A program made the position numbers and the translations under genes. Shown here in pieces: positions 1-10,200 of a stretch of 64,000 bases of DNA; the first letter of the stretch is position 1; every line of letters starts with the position of its first letter. This DNA is from a virus (lineage: Duplodnaviria; Caudoviricetes), in the IMG/VR virus record IMGVR_UViG_3300030095_006840, positions 1 through 64,000 of that record, one strand, 5' to 3'. The notes under the pieces were generated by a model. That model did not search any database. It was not told the DNA's origin and saw only the letters and a program-made list of their open reading frames with translations.

Positions 1-1860
1 CTTCAAGGGTGTGCGAGTTGTGATGAGTCCGGTGGATTATCGCAGTATTGTCGTCTTAATTATCCTTGTGGTATTACTCAAGGCGGAACCGCAATATCGG
101 CAGAAGAATTTAAAAATAGTCCTCTCTATTCGACTGGTCAATGTCAGTTTGGTAAGTTCCAATGTGACAATGATGGCAAAGAAGTTTGTGTAGGGTTCGT
201 TCCTCCTGTTGAAGAGACATGTGATGGTCTTGACAACGATTGTGATGGACTAATTGATGAACCCTTCGACCTCGACAATGATGGCTATACTACGTGTGAG
301 GGAGATTGTAACGACAGATCCAGATTAATCCACCCTGGCGCTCCAGAGCGTTGTGACGGCATAGATAATGATTGCGATGGAGACATTGACAATGAAATCA
401 AACCTCTTGCTTGTTGGACTGGACCAGCCCAAGCCATTACTGATGGTTCCACGAGTTGTAAAAAGGGTGAGCAATATTGTATTAATGGCCAATGGGGTCC
501 ATGCAATGGTCAAGCACTACCTGATGTGGAAACGTGTAATGAAAGAGATGATGACTGCGACGGAGTGGTGGACAACATCAGACTGACAACATGTGGTCCT
601 GGTAGAGCTGTTGGAATTTGTGAATATGGTCGCGTTCTTTGTGATGGTGGTGAGTCAAAATGTGTTGACGCAATTTATCCTGAAGCAGAAACATGTGATG
701 GTGCCGATAATGATTGTGATGGCGCAGTTGATGAAGGTATTATAAGAAGGTGTTCAACAGCTTGTGGCAACGGTGTAGAGGAGTGCAGTGCAGGCTCTTG
801 GCAAAATTGTGATGCGCCGCAACCTGAAACAGAGATTTGTGACGGGCTTGATAATGATTGTGATGGGGAAGTAGATGAAGGTTGTAATTGTGTGGTCGGG
901 CAAGCAAGAGTCTGTAATCAAAACATTCTTGATCCAGCAACAAATCAGCCTGTAAATTGTGGTGTTGGAATCGAATTGTGTGACCAATATGGCATTTGGG
1001 GTCCATGCTACTTGTTCAATACATCCCCTGAAGTGTGTAACAATTGGGATGATGACTGCGATGGCAATGTTGACGGCATGACGCAAGTTTGCGGAAACAC
1101 AGCGACAGCCGGTATTGGTGAATGCCGCGTTGGAACAAGTTCGTGTAGTGCAGGTCAGTGGTCACAATGTGTAGGGGCAGTCGGGCCACAGCAAGAGATT
1201 TGCGATCAGCTGGATAATGATTGTGATGGTGCAGTTGATGAAGATTTAAATCCACACAATAAAGTTGACATGGTATTTGCCATTGATATTTCTGGGTCAA
1301 TGTGCCCATTCATTACGGCATTGGCCCAAGGGATTGCACAGTATGTGGACCAATTTCAAAATACCGAACATCGATTTGCACTGGTTGCTTATCCTGGAGT
1401 TTATCCCCACAATAATAGCACCGCTCAGGAGTTGCGAACAATGCCAGCGTTGGTTGATGTTGGAACCTTCCGTTCAGTTCTTCTTAACTTAAATTGTAAC
1501 GGTGGCGGAAGCGAACCAAGTTGGGATGTTATGTACAACTTGACAGACCCATCCGATCCTGTTGGTATTGGTTGGCGAAGCGATGCATATCCTTATATAA
1601 TTATGATTACGGATGAACCAGCACAAAGTTGGTCAGGAATTCAAGAACCGCAAGTACAATCTAGGAACATTAATTGTCAAGTGGGTGAGTGTATGCCAGG
1701 AGACATGTACGAGTCGTATGTTATTACAAATACTAATCTTTTTTATATGTGGGATGATATTGTGAACAATGAATTCGACAGGTTAGTCAATATTTATCCT
1801 CCCGATCCTGTTCGATATACAGATTTATTAAGGAATATCTTCCAAAACATTTGTATTTAA
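1..1860 (+). CDS. Cys-rich repeat protein (MopE-like 'putative metal-binding motif' repeats) with C-terminal vWA domain; 5' end lies outside the window
   Basis: Frame 1 is open from base 1 (LQGCASC...) to the TAA at 1860. It has seven C-x3-D-[ND]-D-C-D-G-x-x-D repeats and a vWA MIDAS motif DISGSM...ITDE. Confidence 0.85.
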   Translation, partial: LQGCASCDESGGLSQYCRLNYPCGITQGGTAISAEEFKNSPLYSTGQCQFGKFQCDNDGKEVCVGFVPPVEETCDGLDNDCDGLIDEPFDLDNDGYTTCEGDCNDRSRLIHPGAPERCDGIDNDCDGDIDNEIKPLACWTGPAQAITDGSTSCKKGEQYCINGQWGPCNGQALPDVETCNERDDDCDGVVDNIRLTTCGPGRAVGICEYGRVLCDGGESKCVDAIYPEAETCDGADNDCDGAVDEGIIRRCSTACGNGVEECSAGSWQNCDAPQPETEICDGLDNDCDGEVDEGCNCVVGQARVCNQNILDPATNQPVNCGVGIELCDQYGIWGPCYLFNTSPEVCNNWDDDCDGNVDGMTQVCGNTATAGIGECRVGTSSCSAGQWSQCVGAVGPQQEICDQLDNDCDGAVDEDLNPHNKVDMVFAIDISGSMCPFITALAQGIAQYVDQFQNTEHRFALVAYPGVYPHNNSTAQELRTMPALVDVGTFRSVLLNLNCNGGGSEPSWDVMYNLTDPSDPVGIGWRSDAYPYIIMITDEPAQSWSGIQEPQVQSRNINCQVGECMPGDMYESYVITNTNLFYMWDDIVNNEFDRLVNIYPPDPVRYTDLLRNIFQNICI

Positions 1861-1864
1861 TAGT

Positions 1865-1893
1865 TGACAGACAAAAAATACAATGTTACAATT
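1865..1893 (+). promoter_or_regulatory. sigma70-type promoter
   Basis: TTGACA-17 bp-TACAAT, upstream of the AAGGAG RBS and ATG 1919. Confidence 0.7.
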
Positions 1894-1918
1894 ATGAAAA
1901 ATTCAAAGGAGAATAGAT

Positions 1919-2230
1919 ATGGATCATTATTTGGCTAATAAAATTATCGAAGACTTGATGACAGGAGGAATGAGCCCACAACAAGGTTGGATAAATTTAC
2001 AAGAATGTCGTGAGTTGATTTCCGATGAAAAACATGACGAAATTGCAACCTTAATCACTGATATTCTTCTGGAACAAGAAGCCTTCGAGGAGGATGAGGA
2101 GATCGAATTGAGCGATTTCTTCGTTGAAAATGAAACAGGTCGCGATATTGATGACGAATGGGATGATTGTTATTACCAAGGATATTGGGGCTATGACAAC
2201 AACCCACTATATAACCCAGAAGAAGATTAA
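1919..2230 (+). CDS. acidic hypothetical protein
   Basis: AAGGAG RBS; 103-aa ORF. Confidence 0.7.
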   Translation: MDHYLANKIIEDLMTGGMSPQQGWINLQECRELISDEKHDEIATLITDILLEQEAFEEDEEIELSDFFVENETGRDIDDEWDDCYYQGYWGYDNNPLYNPEED

Positions 2231-2242
2231 TCGAGGTATTCA

Positions 2243-2773
2243 ATGGAATGGTTGACATCAATTATGCAATTAAGTTTGCTAGTTGGAGCATGTGATCCTT
2301 ATGGATTGCATAAAGAAAGAAAGAAAAAACACACAATAGAAATCATTAAACAAGCAGACAAAGCCAAGGTTGATCCATATGAGCTTTTAGCCATCGCAAT
2401 TACTGAATCGGCAATGAACCCCAAAGCCTATTCCCACACCAAAGACACGGGCTTGTTTCAGGTTAATTGTAAGTGGTGGTACAAAAAGTTTAAATACAAA
2501 AACATTAAGGCTTGCGAGAAGGCATTGTTCGAACCCAAACTTAACATATCCAAGGGGATTCACATACTTACACACTTTCGCAACAACTATTCACAATGTC
2601 GAGGAACTTTGGCATATAGGTGCTATAATGGCGGCCAGGGATGGCCACGTTCAAAAAACAGAGAGAAGATAGTGAGATATAGCAATAGAGTAAAAGAGCG
2701 TAAAGTAATATTGCGTAAATATTATGAAGATTTTATTGAAAACATAAGACAAAAACTAAAAAATAGGAGTTAA
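2243..2773 (+). CDS. lytic transglycosylase (SLT domain)
   Basis: AIAITES catalytic Glu motif, GLFQV and YNGG motifs; GAGG RBS. Confidence 0.85.
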   Translation: MEWLTSIMQLSLLVGACDPYGLHKERKKKHTIEIIKQADKAKVDPYELLAIAITESAMNPKAYSHTKDTGLFQVNCKWWYKKFKYKNIKACEKALFEPKLNISKGIHILTHFRNNYSQCRGTLAYRCYNGGQGWPRSKNREKIVRYSNRVKERKVILRKYYEDFIENIRQKLKNRS

Positions 2774-2777
2774 AAAC

Positions 2778-3119
2778 ATGGATTATTATATTAATTTGTT
2801 AGGAAATATGGGACCAGTCCACGACGGTGACGACGAGGTAGAGGAGGAGAAAACAGAACCAGAAATTCGCACCATAGTTATGTGTGGGTGTGGGAATCAC
2901 CCAATTAATCCCAAAAAAGATCCCTACAAACAACATAACATCTGGGCGGCGCAATTTCACCCCAAACAGGAAAGCGGACACACAGATATTAGAAACGTCA
3001 AGGGAATTGGGGCAAGTCGTGAAAACTATAAACCAACTTATGACTTCTCCGGTGAAGAGTTTGAAGTGACTCCCGGAGAAATGAGAAAATTAAGTGAAAA
3101 CAAAAATAATTCAAAATAA
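2778..3119 (+). CDS. hypothetical protein
   Basis: AGGAG RBS; 113-aa ORF. Confidence 0.65.
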   Translation: MDYYINLLGNMGPVHDGDDEVEEEKTEPEIRTIVMCGCGNHPINPKKDPYKQHNIWAAQFHPKQESGHTDIRNVKGIGASRENYKPTYDFSGEEFEVTPGEMRKLSENKNNSK

Positions 3120-3223
3120 GATTAACGAAACAAAACAAAAGATGAAAGAAAACAAGCATACTGGCATAATGCAGTTTTATTTAGGATACATACGTGCATT
3201 GGAGTGGGCAATGGAGAAAAACA

Positions 3224-3412
3224 ATGAAGGAAAATAAGGTAGTAGATTTGAAAAACTACAGAAGTCAAAAGAAAATCGAATCTCAAATTAAAGAATTAGA
3301 AGATTTGGGCATGAGAGAATACGCTTTTATGACACCAACAGAGAAAAAAGGTTACGATAATTTTATGAAACTATTGAGGGCAGTTGATAAAAAACATAAC
3401 AATACAGATTAG
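3224..3412 (+). CDS. hypothetical protein
   Basis: GGAG RBS before ATG 3224 (MKENKVVDL...). Confidence 0.55.
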   Translation: MKENKVVDLKNYRSQKKIESQIKELEDLGMREYAFMTPTEKKGYDNFMKLLRAVDKKHNNTD

Positions 3413-3672
3413 TTTAAAAAAAAATACGTTTTTTCTTGACTTTCTTAATCTATCATGTAATAATACGTGCATGAACTTTGAAGAACTATTCGAAAACATT
3501 GATCTTTCCTCCCCTTTGACGGACGAAGAATTGGAATATTTAGACATTATAGGTGTAAACCCCATCATCATAACACCTAATGAAAATGTTAGTAATTTTA
3601 ATGAAAAAAAAGATTGACATGTAGCTCACATTCCTCATATAATAAGATAAATAAAAGCCAAGGAGAGCTACA

Positions 3673-4314
3673 ATGAGATGCAGTTATTGCTATAGACAGG
3701 GACATAATCGAAGAAGTTGTCCTGAATTGAAACGAGAGATTCGAGACAACCCAGAGGGATATTATGCTCGACAAGAAAAGCGAAAAAAAGAAGCACGTTC
3801 CCCCCGCAAATGTTCTTATTGCAGAGAGGTAGGTCACACCAAGCGAACATGTAAGGAATATAAGAAAGACTTGGCGGTTATGACCACACAAATACGAGAG
3901 TGGCGTAAAAAATTTATCAATACCTGCAAAGATTGCGGCCTAAGTGTGGGCACTCTCGTTTCGTTTGGCGATCCTATGCAATCTAAAAGTGATTGGTTCC
4001 AGAGAAACCTTCAAACCCTGATAGACCGGCATGGAAAGTATGGTATTGTCACCGGCTTTCGCCAGAACCGTTTAGATCATAAACAGTTTAGTAATGCAGT
4101 TGCATGTTTGCATATTAGATTCCCTGATGGAACAGAGAGGATGATGAGATTGCCTTGTGAGCTTTCTCCCCTCCTTCAGGAGCGACAATCCAAAACCTTA
4201 CACATAGCAGCAAAAATAAATACCGACAATATGGAGAGTTTATTTCCTCCTGAATGGCATGAAGGCACTGACACTGCCGATTGGCACCTGAAAAACCCTC
4301 ATGGAATTATATAA
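3673..4314 (+). CDS. double CCHC zinc-knuckle protein with SH3-like C-terminal region
   Basis: CSYCYRQGHNRRSC and CSYCREVGHTKRTC; promoter TTGACA-18-TATAAT at 3615; AGGAG RBS. Confidence 0.8.
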   Translation: MRCSYCYRQGHNRRSCPELKREIRDNPEGYYARQEKRKKEARSPRKCSYCREVGHTKRTCKEYKKDLAVMTTQIREWRKKFINTCKDCGLSVGTLVSFGDPMQSKSDWFQRNLQTLIDRHGKYGIVTGFRQNRLDHKQFSNAVACLHIRFPDGTERMMRLPCELSPLLQERQSKTLHIAAKINTDNMESLFPPEWHEGTDTADWHLKNPHGII

Positions 4315-4396
4315 AAACAACTTTTTTTAATTTTTATGGTTGACTTTTAGTAATTAATGTGAGAGAATAAGATTACAAAAATAAAGGAGTAACACA

Positions 4397-5560
4397 ATGA
4401 GTACACAAGGCATTTCTTTTGAACAATTTGGCAAAATCGCCCCATATATCTTGCGGTCACGCAAACCTATTATGGGTCACGGTAAACATGGTATTGGTAA
4501 ATCCGAGTTGGTTTATCAGTTGGCCGATAAGCTGGCCAACATTCTAGGCGGTGAATTTACTCAGAGATATGGGATTGATTATGTTTTTCCGGTGGTTGAA
4601 AGACGTGCATCTCAAATGGCCGATACTGGTGATGTCATCGGTGTCCCCGAACCGAAGGATTCTGAGCATGGTCGTATTACTACTTTTGCCCCAATGGGAT
4701 GGTTCGCTCGGGCTTGCCATGAGCCCTGTATTCTGTTCTTCGATGAGGTGGATCGTGCAAACAATGATGTTCGTCAATCATTAATGGAATTGACTGATAG
4801 TCGCAAGATTGCAGGACATTCCCTTCACTCTGATACGATTGTGATCGCTATGGTAAATGGTGGTTCACATGATGAAAATAATTCATATCAGGTAAGTGAA
4901 TTAGATCCTGCCGAACATGATCGTTGGTGGCACGTTAATCTTGAACCAACTGTGGAAGACTGGCTGTCTTGGGCCAAAGATGAATGTAGCCCAATGGTTG
5001 TGGATTTTATTCGCAACAACCCAAAGCACTTGGAATTCAGCGGCGAACTCGAACCACACAAGGTTTATCCCTCTCGCCGCTCATGGGCGCATTTTGACCG
5101 TTGTTTAACCTTGGACTCTAATGAGTTATTACAACTTAATGATGAAAAGAAGATCTCAATGAACCTATATTTTGTGGGTGAAGGCTTTATAGGTCAAGAA
5201 GCTAGTATCGCTTTTCGAGACTTTGTGGAGACATACGAACGCCAAGTGAGTGTAGACGACATTCTCAATGGAAATCGCTCGGAAATTGTCCAGGAGTTTG
5301 GGATCAACGACGCAAATGCGATGATTGATAAACTAGCAGACTCAGATCAGTTCCGGGCCAAATTATCATCGGAGCAAATCAAGAATGTGGCACTTTTTGT
5401 TTCCAGCATTTCACCAGAATTAGCGATGAAAGCATGGGAAGCTCTGACCAGGGCAAACGGTGAAGCAATAGCTTCTATGTGGGGTGTAGAGATTGATGAG
5501 GGTAAAACATTCGGCAATTATATTGCTGATATTGTTGGAAAACCAGCGGAGCAATCATGA
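4397..5560 (+). CDS. MoxR-like AAA+ ATPase
   Basis: Walker A GKHGIGKS, Walker B ILFFDEVDR, and the PSRRSW motif. Confidence 0.85.
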   Translation: MSTQGISFEQFGKIAPYILRSRKPIMGHGKHGIGKSELVYQLADKLANILGGEFTQRYGIDYVFPVVERRASQMADTGDVIGVPEPKDSEHGRITTFAPMGWFARACHEPCILFFDEVDRANNDVRQSLMELTDSRKIAGHSLHSDTIVIAMVNGGSHDENNSYQVSELDPAEHDRWWHVNLEPTVEDWLSWAKDECSPMVVDFIRNNPKHLEFSGELEPHKVYPSRRSWAHFDRCLTLDSNELLQLNDEKKISMNLYFVGEGFIGQEASIAFRDFVETYERQVSVDDILNGNRSEIVQEFGINDANAMIDKLADSDQFRAKLSSEQIKNVALFVSSISPELAMKAWEALTRANGEAIASMWGVEIDEGKTFGNYIADIVGKPAEQS

Positions 5561-5772
5561 GTGTGAAGAAGGGTTGTTACTATTCCAGTTCGCTTGATCA
5601 CCAGAAGGCAGTTGAGCACAATAAGAAAATGATTGATGTTCTGAAAAGAGCAAAGAGACAAATTTTATTAGCAGGATCATCGACAAGCGAGAGATACGTA
5701 ACAGAGAAGGTTTCAGATCCGCTCGAAATAGTTAATGAAATCGAAGAGTTATTGAAGGAGTTAATTTCTTAA
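5557..5772 (+). CDS. hypothetical protein
   Basis: ATGA overlap with the AAA gene; GGAG RBS. Confidence 0.55.
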   Translation: MSVKKGCYYSSSLDHQKAVEHNKKMIDVLKRAKRQILLAGSSTSERYVTEKVSDPLEIVNEIEELLKELIS

Positions 5773-5816
5773 TTATTTTGTTGACAACGGTGCGATGATA
5801 TGAGAGAATTAAAACA

Positions 5817-7031
5817 ATGAGTGACGAGAAGTATAATTTAGAAAAAGATATTTATCATCTATTGAATGATGAACCTTATTTTGCCGTATTGTCTAGATCC
5901 TTGGACAAGAGACGTAGTGATACAATTCCTACAGCAGGCATCAAATTCAACCCAAAGAGATTGGCTTATGAGTTGGTGTATAATCCAGAATTTATGAGGA
6001 ATCTCCCAGACAAAACAAAGAAGTGGGTTTTGATGCACGAACTATATCATGCTTCACTCGGCCACTGCGAGGGAAGAAAGTTAGAAAGTTTATCAAGGAA
6101 AGTGGCCAATATTTGTATGGATATGGCGATCAATTCATTGCCAAATATGATAAGTGGCGCACCAGACTTTGTTATAATGCCAGGACGCAAACCTTTTGAA
6201 ATGATCACTGCACTAGGGCAATCAGCGGATTGGTATGCCGAACAATTAAAGATGATGCAGCAGACCCACCCTGAAAAGTTTGAAAATGATGACCTCACTC
6301 AAGGCCAGTTTGATGATCATGGCGAGTTTCATGGAGGATCCACCACCGAGTCTGAAGAGATGGGTAAGCAGATTGCTGATCGTAAAATGCAAGAAGCGAT
6401 TGCTAAAGCCGTTAAGGAATGTGAAATCGGTGATGGTCATGGTGGCCCACCCCGAGGTTGGGGTTCTGTGTCACACCAAACCAGAACTAAGATCAAAGAA
6501 GCATCCTTAAACAAATTCAAGCTGGATCCTAAGATGGTTTTAGCTTCATTCATCAAAGCAAGCGTTGCGGCGGATAAAAAAACTAGCGTCACCAAAAGGA
6601 ACCGAAGATTGCCGGGTAAAAAGTTTGGCAAACGAGTCCAACACCGCGCCAATATCGCTATTAGTATAGATCAGTCGGGCTCAGTTTCGGATGAATTATT
6701 GGCCAAAGTGTTTACGTGGTTGAGTGATTTTGCTAAATTTGCCAGCTTCACGGTTGTTCCTTTTGACCATCAAGTCTTTGAAGAGAAGGTTTATGTTTGG
6801 AAAAAGGGGGAAAAAAGGAAGAGAGAACGTGTTCTATATGGTGGAACCGACTTTGACGCGCCGACAAATTTTGTCAACCAGCGCAATTTTGATGGGCATA
6901 TCGTTATAACTGACATGATGGCCCCCAAACCTATTCGCTCCAAATGTCAACGTATGTGGTTGACCGACAGATATGGCGATAAATATGGCCAACATAATCC
7001 AGTTGGCGAAAGGAAGTTGGTGTTAGACTAA
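5817..7031 (+). CDS. DUF2201-type metallopeptidase plus vWA-like domain protein (likely partner of the AAA ATPase)
   Basis: HELYH zincin motif; vWA motifs DQSGS, GGTDF and ITD. Confidence 0.85.
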   Translation: MSDEKYNLEKDIYHLLNDEPYFAVLSRSLDKRRSDTIPTAGIKFNPKRLAYELVYNPEFMRNLPDKTKKWVLMHELYHASLGHCEGRKLESLSRKVANICMDMAINSLPNMISGAPDFVIMPGRKPFEMITALGQSADWYAEQLKMMQQTHPEKFENDDLTQGQFDDHGEFHGGSTTESEEMGKQIADRKMQEAIAKAVKECEIGDGHGGPPRGWGSVSHQTRTKIKEASLNKFKLDPKMVLASFIKASVAADKKTSVTKRNRRLPGKKFGKRVQHRANIAISIDQSGSVSDELLAKVFTWLSDFAKFASFTVVPFDHQVFEEKVYVWKKGEKRKRERVLYGGTDFDAPTNFVNQRNFDGHIVITDMMAPKPIRSKCQRMWLTDRYGDKYGQHNPVGERKLVLD

Positions 7032-7279
7032 TGAATAACATTGATCCATTGATTTTAATAAGAGCTGCAATGATAATGCTAAACACTTACTACGATTTAG
7101 GTGGTTGGGCACAATTAATTGAGAAAGCAACCACGGAGGCTGGCAAAGAGCAAGTACAAGATTTAATTTATGAATTAACCGAAGCTGCACAAGATTCTCG
7201 CCAAGAGATAATTCAGAGCAAAGCAGAAATGGACCTAAGTTTAATGCGCGATATGCGCGAGTTGAAGGAGATAAACTAA
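7031..7279 (+). CDS. hypothetical protein
   Basis: TAATG coupling on both sides. Confidence 0.6.
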   Translation: MNNIDPLILIRAAMIMLNTYYDLGGWAQLIEKATTEAGKEQVQDLIYELTEAAQDSRQEIIQSKAEMDLSLMRDMRELKEIN

Positions 7280-7548
7280 TGAATTTGATTGATACTATAA
7301 ACCAGGAAATTGAACAGATGAACCAACGAGCGACCACACCGAAGAAAAAGAGAGGCAGACCAGCAAAAGTATCCAATGAGATCTTTATTGAGATGTGGAA
7401 TAATGCGTTGAAGGATGGGTCACTTGCAGAGATTGCCCAAGCTCTAGGCTCAAGCCCTGCTAGTTGTGCAGTTAAAGCATCAAATCTCCGTAAGGCAGGA
7501 TATAACTTACCTCAATTCAAGCGTGGCCGCCCAAGGAAGAATCAGTAA
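7279..7548 (+). CDS. AT-hook plus HTH-like DNA-binding protein
   Basis: KKRGRP and KRGRPRK AT-hooks flank SLAEIAQALG...; AAGGAG RBS. Confidence 0.7.
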   Translation: MNLIDTINQEIEQMNQRATTPKKKRGRPAKVSNEIFIEMWNNALKDGSLAEIAQALGSSPASCAVKASNLRKAGYNLPQFKRGRPRKNQ

Positions 7549-7814
7549 TGGAAAAGAAAAAGCGTGGAAGACCAAAGGGTTCAAAGAACAAACCAAAACA
7601 GGTGGAGAGTGAAAAAAAACGCGGCAGGCCAAGATTGAAACCAGTTCAAACAAAGGTGTTTCCAGAATATGAAGGGGTGAACTTCGTGGTGAGGGTCAAG
7701 GGGCCAAGCTCAGACTCACATCGCTGGATTGCTGTCCTTGACAACCAAAGAATCGGGTTCTATAAGACGCCCGAAGAAGCGTCCGTGGCGTATCAACAAG
7801 CAAAAAAAAGGTAA
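7548..7814 (+). CDS. AT-hook plus AP2-like DNA-binding protein
   Basis: Two KRGRP hooks, then YEGV...WIAV...IGFYKTPEEASVAY, which matches the AP2 signature. Confidence 0.7.
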   Translation: MEKKKRGRPKGSKNKPKQVESEKKRGRPRLKPVQTKVFPEYEGVNFVVRVKGPSSDSHRWIAVLDNQRIGFYKTPEEASVAYQQAKKR

Positions 7815-7987
7815 TGATGTTTAAAATAAATTCAATGGTAAGTCTTAAGATAGGAGAAGACGATTTTATTGGACAAGTGGTGAGTATCGAGAATGACGTT
7901 TACCTCATTAGGATATTTGATAATATGCACTATCACGCAACATTATCAGAACTGAAGCCATTTCAACACTCATCATCGAGCCTGTGA
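7814..7987 (+). CDS. small SH3-like barrel protein (57 aa; not in the ORF track)
   Basis: Translated by hand: MMFKINSMVSLKIGEDDFIGQVVSIENDVYLIRIF...LSELKP; TAATG coupling. Confidence 0.55.
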   Translation: MMFKINSMVSLKIGEDDFIGQVVSIENDVYLIRIFDNMHYHATLSELKPFQHSSSSL

Positions 7988-8046
7988 TACTCATCACGCT
8001 TTTTTCTCTTGACTTTCTTAATCTATTGTGAGACAATACTAACATA

Positions 8047-8346
8047 ATGATGAACAAACCGTTTGAAGAAATAGAAGTGGAATTTGGTGGAACAAAACCA
8101 ATTCAGTATAGAAACGGTGGCTTGCCCAAGCTGGGTGATTTGGTCGCCAAGAAAAGACCTATAGGTTATGATGAAAATAAGGTTTCACTCGGTTTTCAGA
8201 ATGTATATGGAGTGGTGATTGACACATCAGATGATCTCAGTTTACACTACAAACATTTTCCACTGATTCAATTCAGTGAAACAGCAACCGACCCAACACC
8301 AATACTTTGCAATCCCCTTCGCTTACATTTGATTTCACGAGGATAA
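8047..8346 (+). CDS. SH3/KOW-like barrel protein
   Basis: LGDLV...YGVVID...LHLISRG; own promoter at 8009. Confidence 0.65.
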   Translation: MMNKPFEEIEVEFGGTKPIQYRNGGLPKLGDLVAKKRPIGYDENKVSLGFQNVYGVVIDTSDDLSLHYKHFPLIQFSETATDPTPILCNPLRLHLISRG

Positions 8347-8350
8347 TAAT

Positions 8351-8626
8351 ATGTCTGATATGCCACGATTTGAGAGAGATTGGTTTTTCTTGGGTTTTGC
8401 TCAACAAAATGAGTTGCCCCAACTATTCGAGCTTGCCAAGAAATACAAGTGTGATTTAAAAACAGAGGGCGAACGAGGTATTGTTTATTCCAACAATCCA
8501 TTCCGCATTGATTCGATTCGATTGCGTCTATGGGGCCACCGATGGGCCATCAATAAAACCTGGCTAGAGAAGAACCCCGACCTTGCTGGATTTGACCCAC
8601 GGAATTGTAAAAAGAAGAAAAAATGA
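8351..8626 (+). CDS. hypothetical protein
   Basis: GAGG RBS; operon spacing. Confidence 0.6.
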   Translation: MSDMPRFERDWFFLGFAQQNELPQLFELAKKYKCDLKTEGERGIVYSNNPFRIDSIRLRLWGHRWAINKTWLEKNPDLAGFDPRNCKKKKK

Positions 8627-8820
8627 CGAGAGAAGAAAAATTAGAAGTCCTAAAGAAAGCTCTTGAGGAAGCGGTTGGAAAGTTTATCATGTGGGGAACA
8701 TCCGATCCAAGATTGGCGGAGGACATTGACGTGATAATGTTAGAGATTCAAGAGATAGAAGAAACCATTAGGCTAGAGAGAAAGATCTTAGATAAGATCG
8801 CAGAAGAGGAAAGAAAGTAA
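8623..8820 (+). CDS. hypothetical coiled-coil protein
   Basis: ATGA overlap with the previous ORF. Confidence 0.55.
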   Translation: MTREEKLEVLKKALEEAVGKFIMWGTSDPRLAEDIDVIMLEIQEIEETIRLERKILDKIAEEERK

Positions 8821-9077
8821 TGAGATATTGTTTATTTATGATCATTGTTGTTTTGGGGCTTTACGCCTATGATGATGACTTGTTGGATATTGCAGACTTG
8901 AAGTGTAAAAAGTATGCACCACCACCAATCGGATATACAGTAAGGGTTTGTTCTATCACATTTGATGATAAGGGTTTTGTCGGTAAATTGACGGGAAACT
9001 GAAAATAATAGTTGACAAGCAAGGTATAATCTGAGATAATACAAAGTATAAAGATTAAGAAATTAGGAGATTAGATT

Positions 9078-9383
9078 ATGCCAATACAAAAATTAGAAAA
9101 AATAAACCCCGGTTCAATCGTTTGCGGAGTAGATGACCCAACAATGATTTATAAAGTAGTTCAAAAGCTCACAGTATTTGACGGATATGACTGTGCAGGT
9201 GATTTCTCTTATGGTGTTTCAAAGACCATTGCTCGCTTGCGTCGATTAGATGATGATAAGGTTTACCGATATGACATTGATAAGAAGTTTCGCCTTATCA
9301 AAGATAATGACGGAATGACCTATGGTAGAGGGTTGTGGGAAGCTGGAAAGGCTCTCGGGCATTACAAGTTCTTGAATAAATAA
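9078..9383 (+). CDS. hypothetical early protein
   Basis: Promoter at 9012; AGGAG RBS. Confidence 0.7.
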   Translation: MPIQKLEKINPGSIVCGVDDPTMIYKVVQKLTVFDGYDCAGDFSYGVSKTIARLRRLDDDKVYRYDIDKKFRLIKDNDGMTYGRGLWEAGKALGHYKFLNK

Positions 9384-9432
9384 TTAAAAAAAAGTTGTTG
9401 ACAAGTAGAGTACATCAGGAGATAATACAGTT

Positions 9433-9564
9433 ATGAACAATCAAGAGATACTAGAACAAATTGAAGACCTGTTATGTGAAATTTTAAACCACTCATCCGA
9501 TTTTGATGCGGTGTCTAAGGCTGAAGAAGCCCACAGGTTGCTAGAGAAAATCAAAAAAGATTAA
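9433..9564 (+). CDS. 43-aa hypothetical protein, probably leaderless
   Basis: ATG 7 nt after the -10 of the promoter at 9398 (MNNQEILEQIEDLL...). Confidence 0.55.
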   Translation: MNNQEILEQIEDLLCEILNHSSDFDAVSKAEEAHRLLEKIKKD

Positions 9565-9608
9565 GAAAAGACTTGACAAGAAGCATACAGTCATGAGAGA
9601 ATAGGATT

Positions 9609-9842
9609 ATGAAATTGTCCAGAAATGAAGTGTTTGATTTATTGAGAGATGGTGTTAGTGATGAATTGCTGCTTGCAATTAACGAGGAACGCGCAGTTCT
9701 TTTCAAGGAAGTCGCCAAGCACCGTGCCATTGCAAATCAGATTTCCGAACAAGTTAAAATTTACAACCGATTGTTAGATCAAAACGAAGAAAGATTGACC
9801 AATTTGTTGACAAATGGAAAAGGATGGGAGACAAAAGTATAA
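9609..9842 (+). CDS. hypothetical coiled-coil protein, probably leaderless
   Basis: ATG 7 nt after the -10 of the promoter at 9573. Confidence 0.65.
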   Translation: MKLSRNEVFDLLRDGVSDELLLAINEERAVLFKEVAKHRAIANQISEQVKIYNRLLDQNEERLTNLLTNGKGWETKV

Positions 9843-10200
9843 TGACAGACTTAGAAATCATTAAAGGAAAACTAGAAGAGCTTTTAGAAATGACTGACAA
9901 TGCGTTGTCGGCCACCGAACCAAAACCTAAGCGTGTTTGCAATCACGTGTTTGGTAAATGTGGCAGAACTTATGCGGTCTGTCCAATCAAAGAACCTGCT
10001 GGCCTCAAAGAATTATTCAGGAGACATTAGGAATATGACTTACGAAGTTTGGGGAACCTTAAACGGAACAATCGAAACACTTGAACAGGACATCCCGTTC
10101 AAACAAGAAGCGACCTGGCTTGCGCGAGAATATCAAATGGCGTTTGGTAGAGACTGGACGATCCAGGTGATGGAAGTTTGCGGCAACACTGCCGAACAAG

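Noticed and set aside
526-1860. GTG 526 as the start of the Cys-rich protein
   Set aside because: The frame is open from base 1 and includes two more repeats, so the real start lies upstream of the window.
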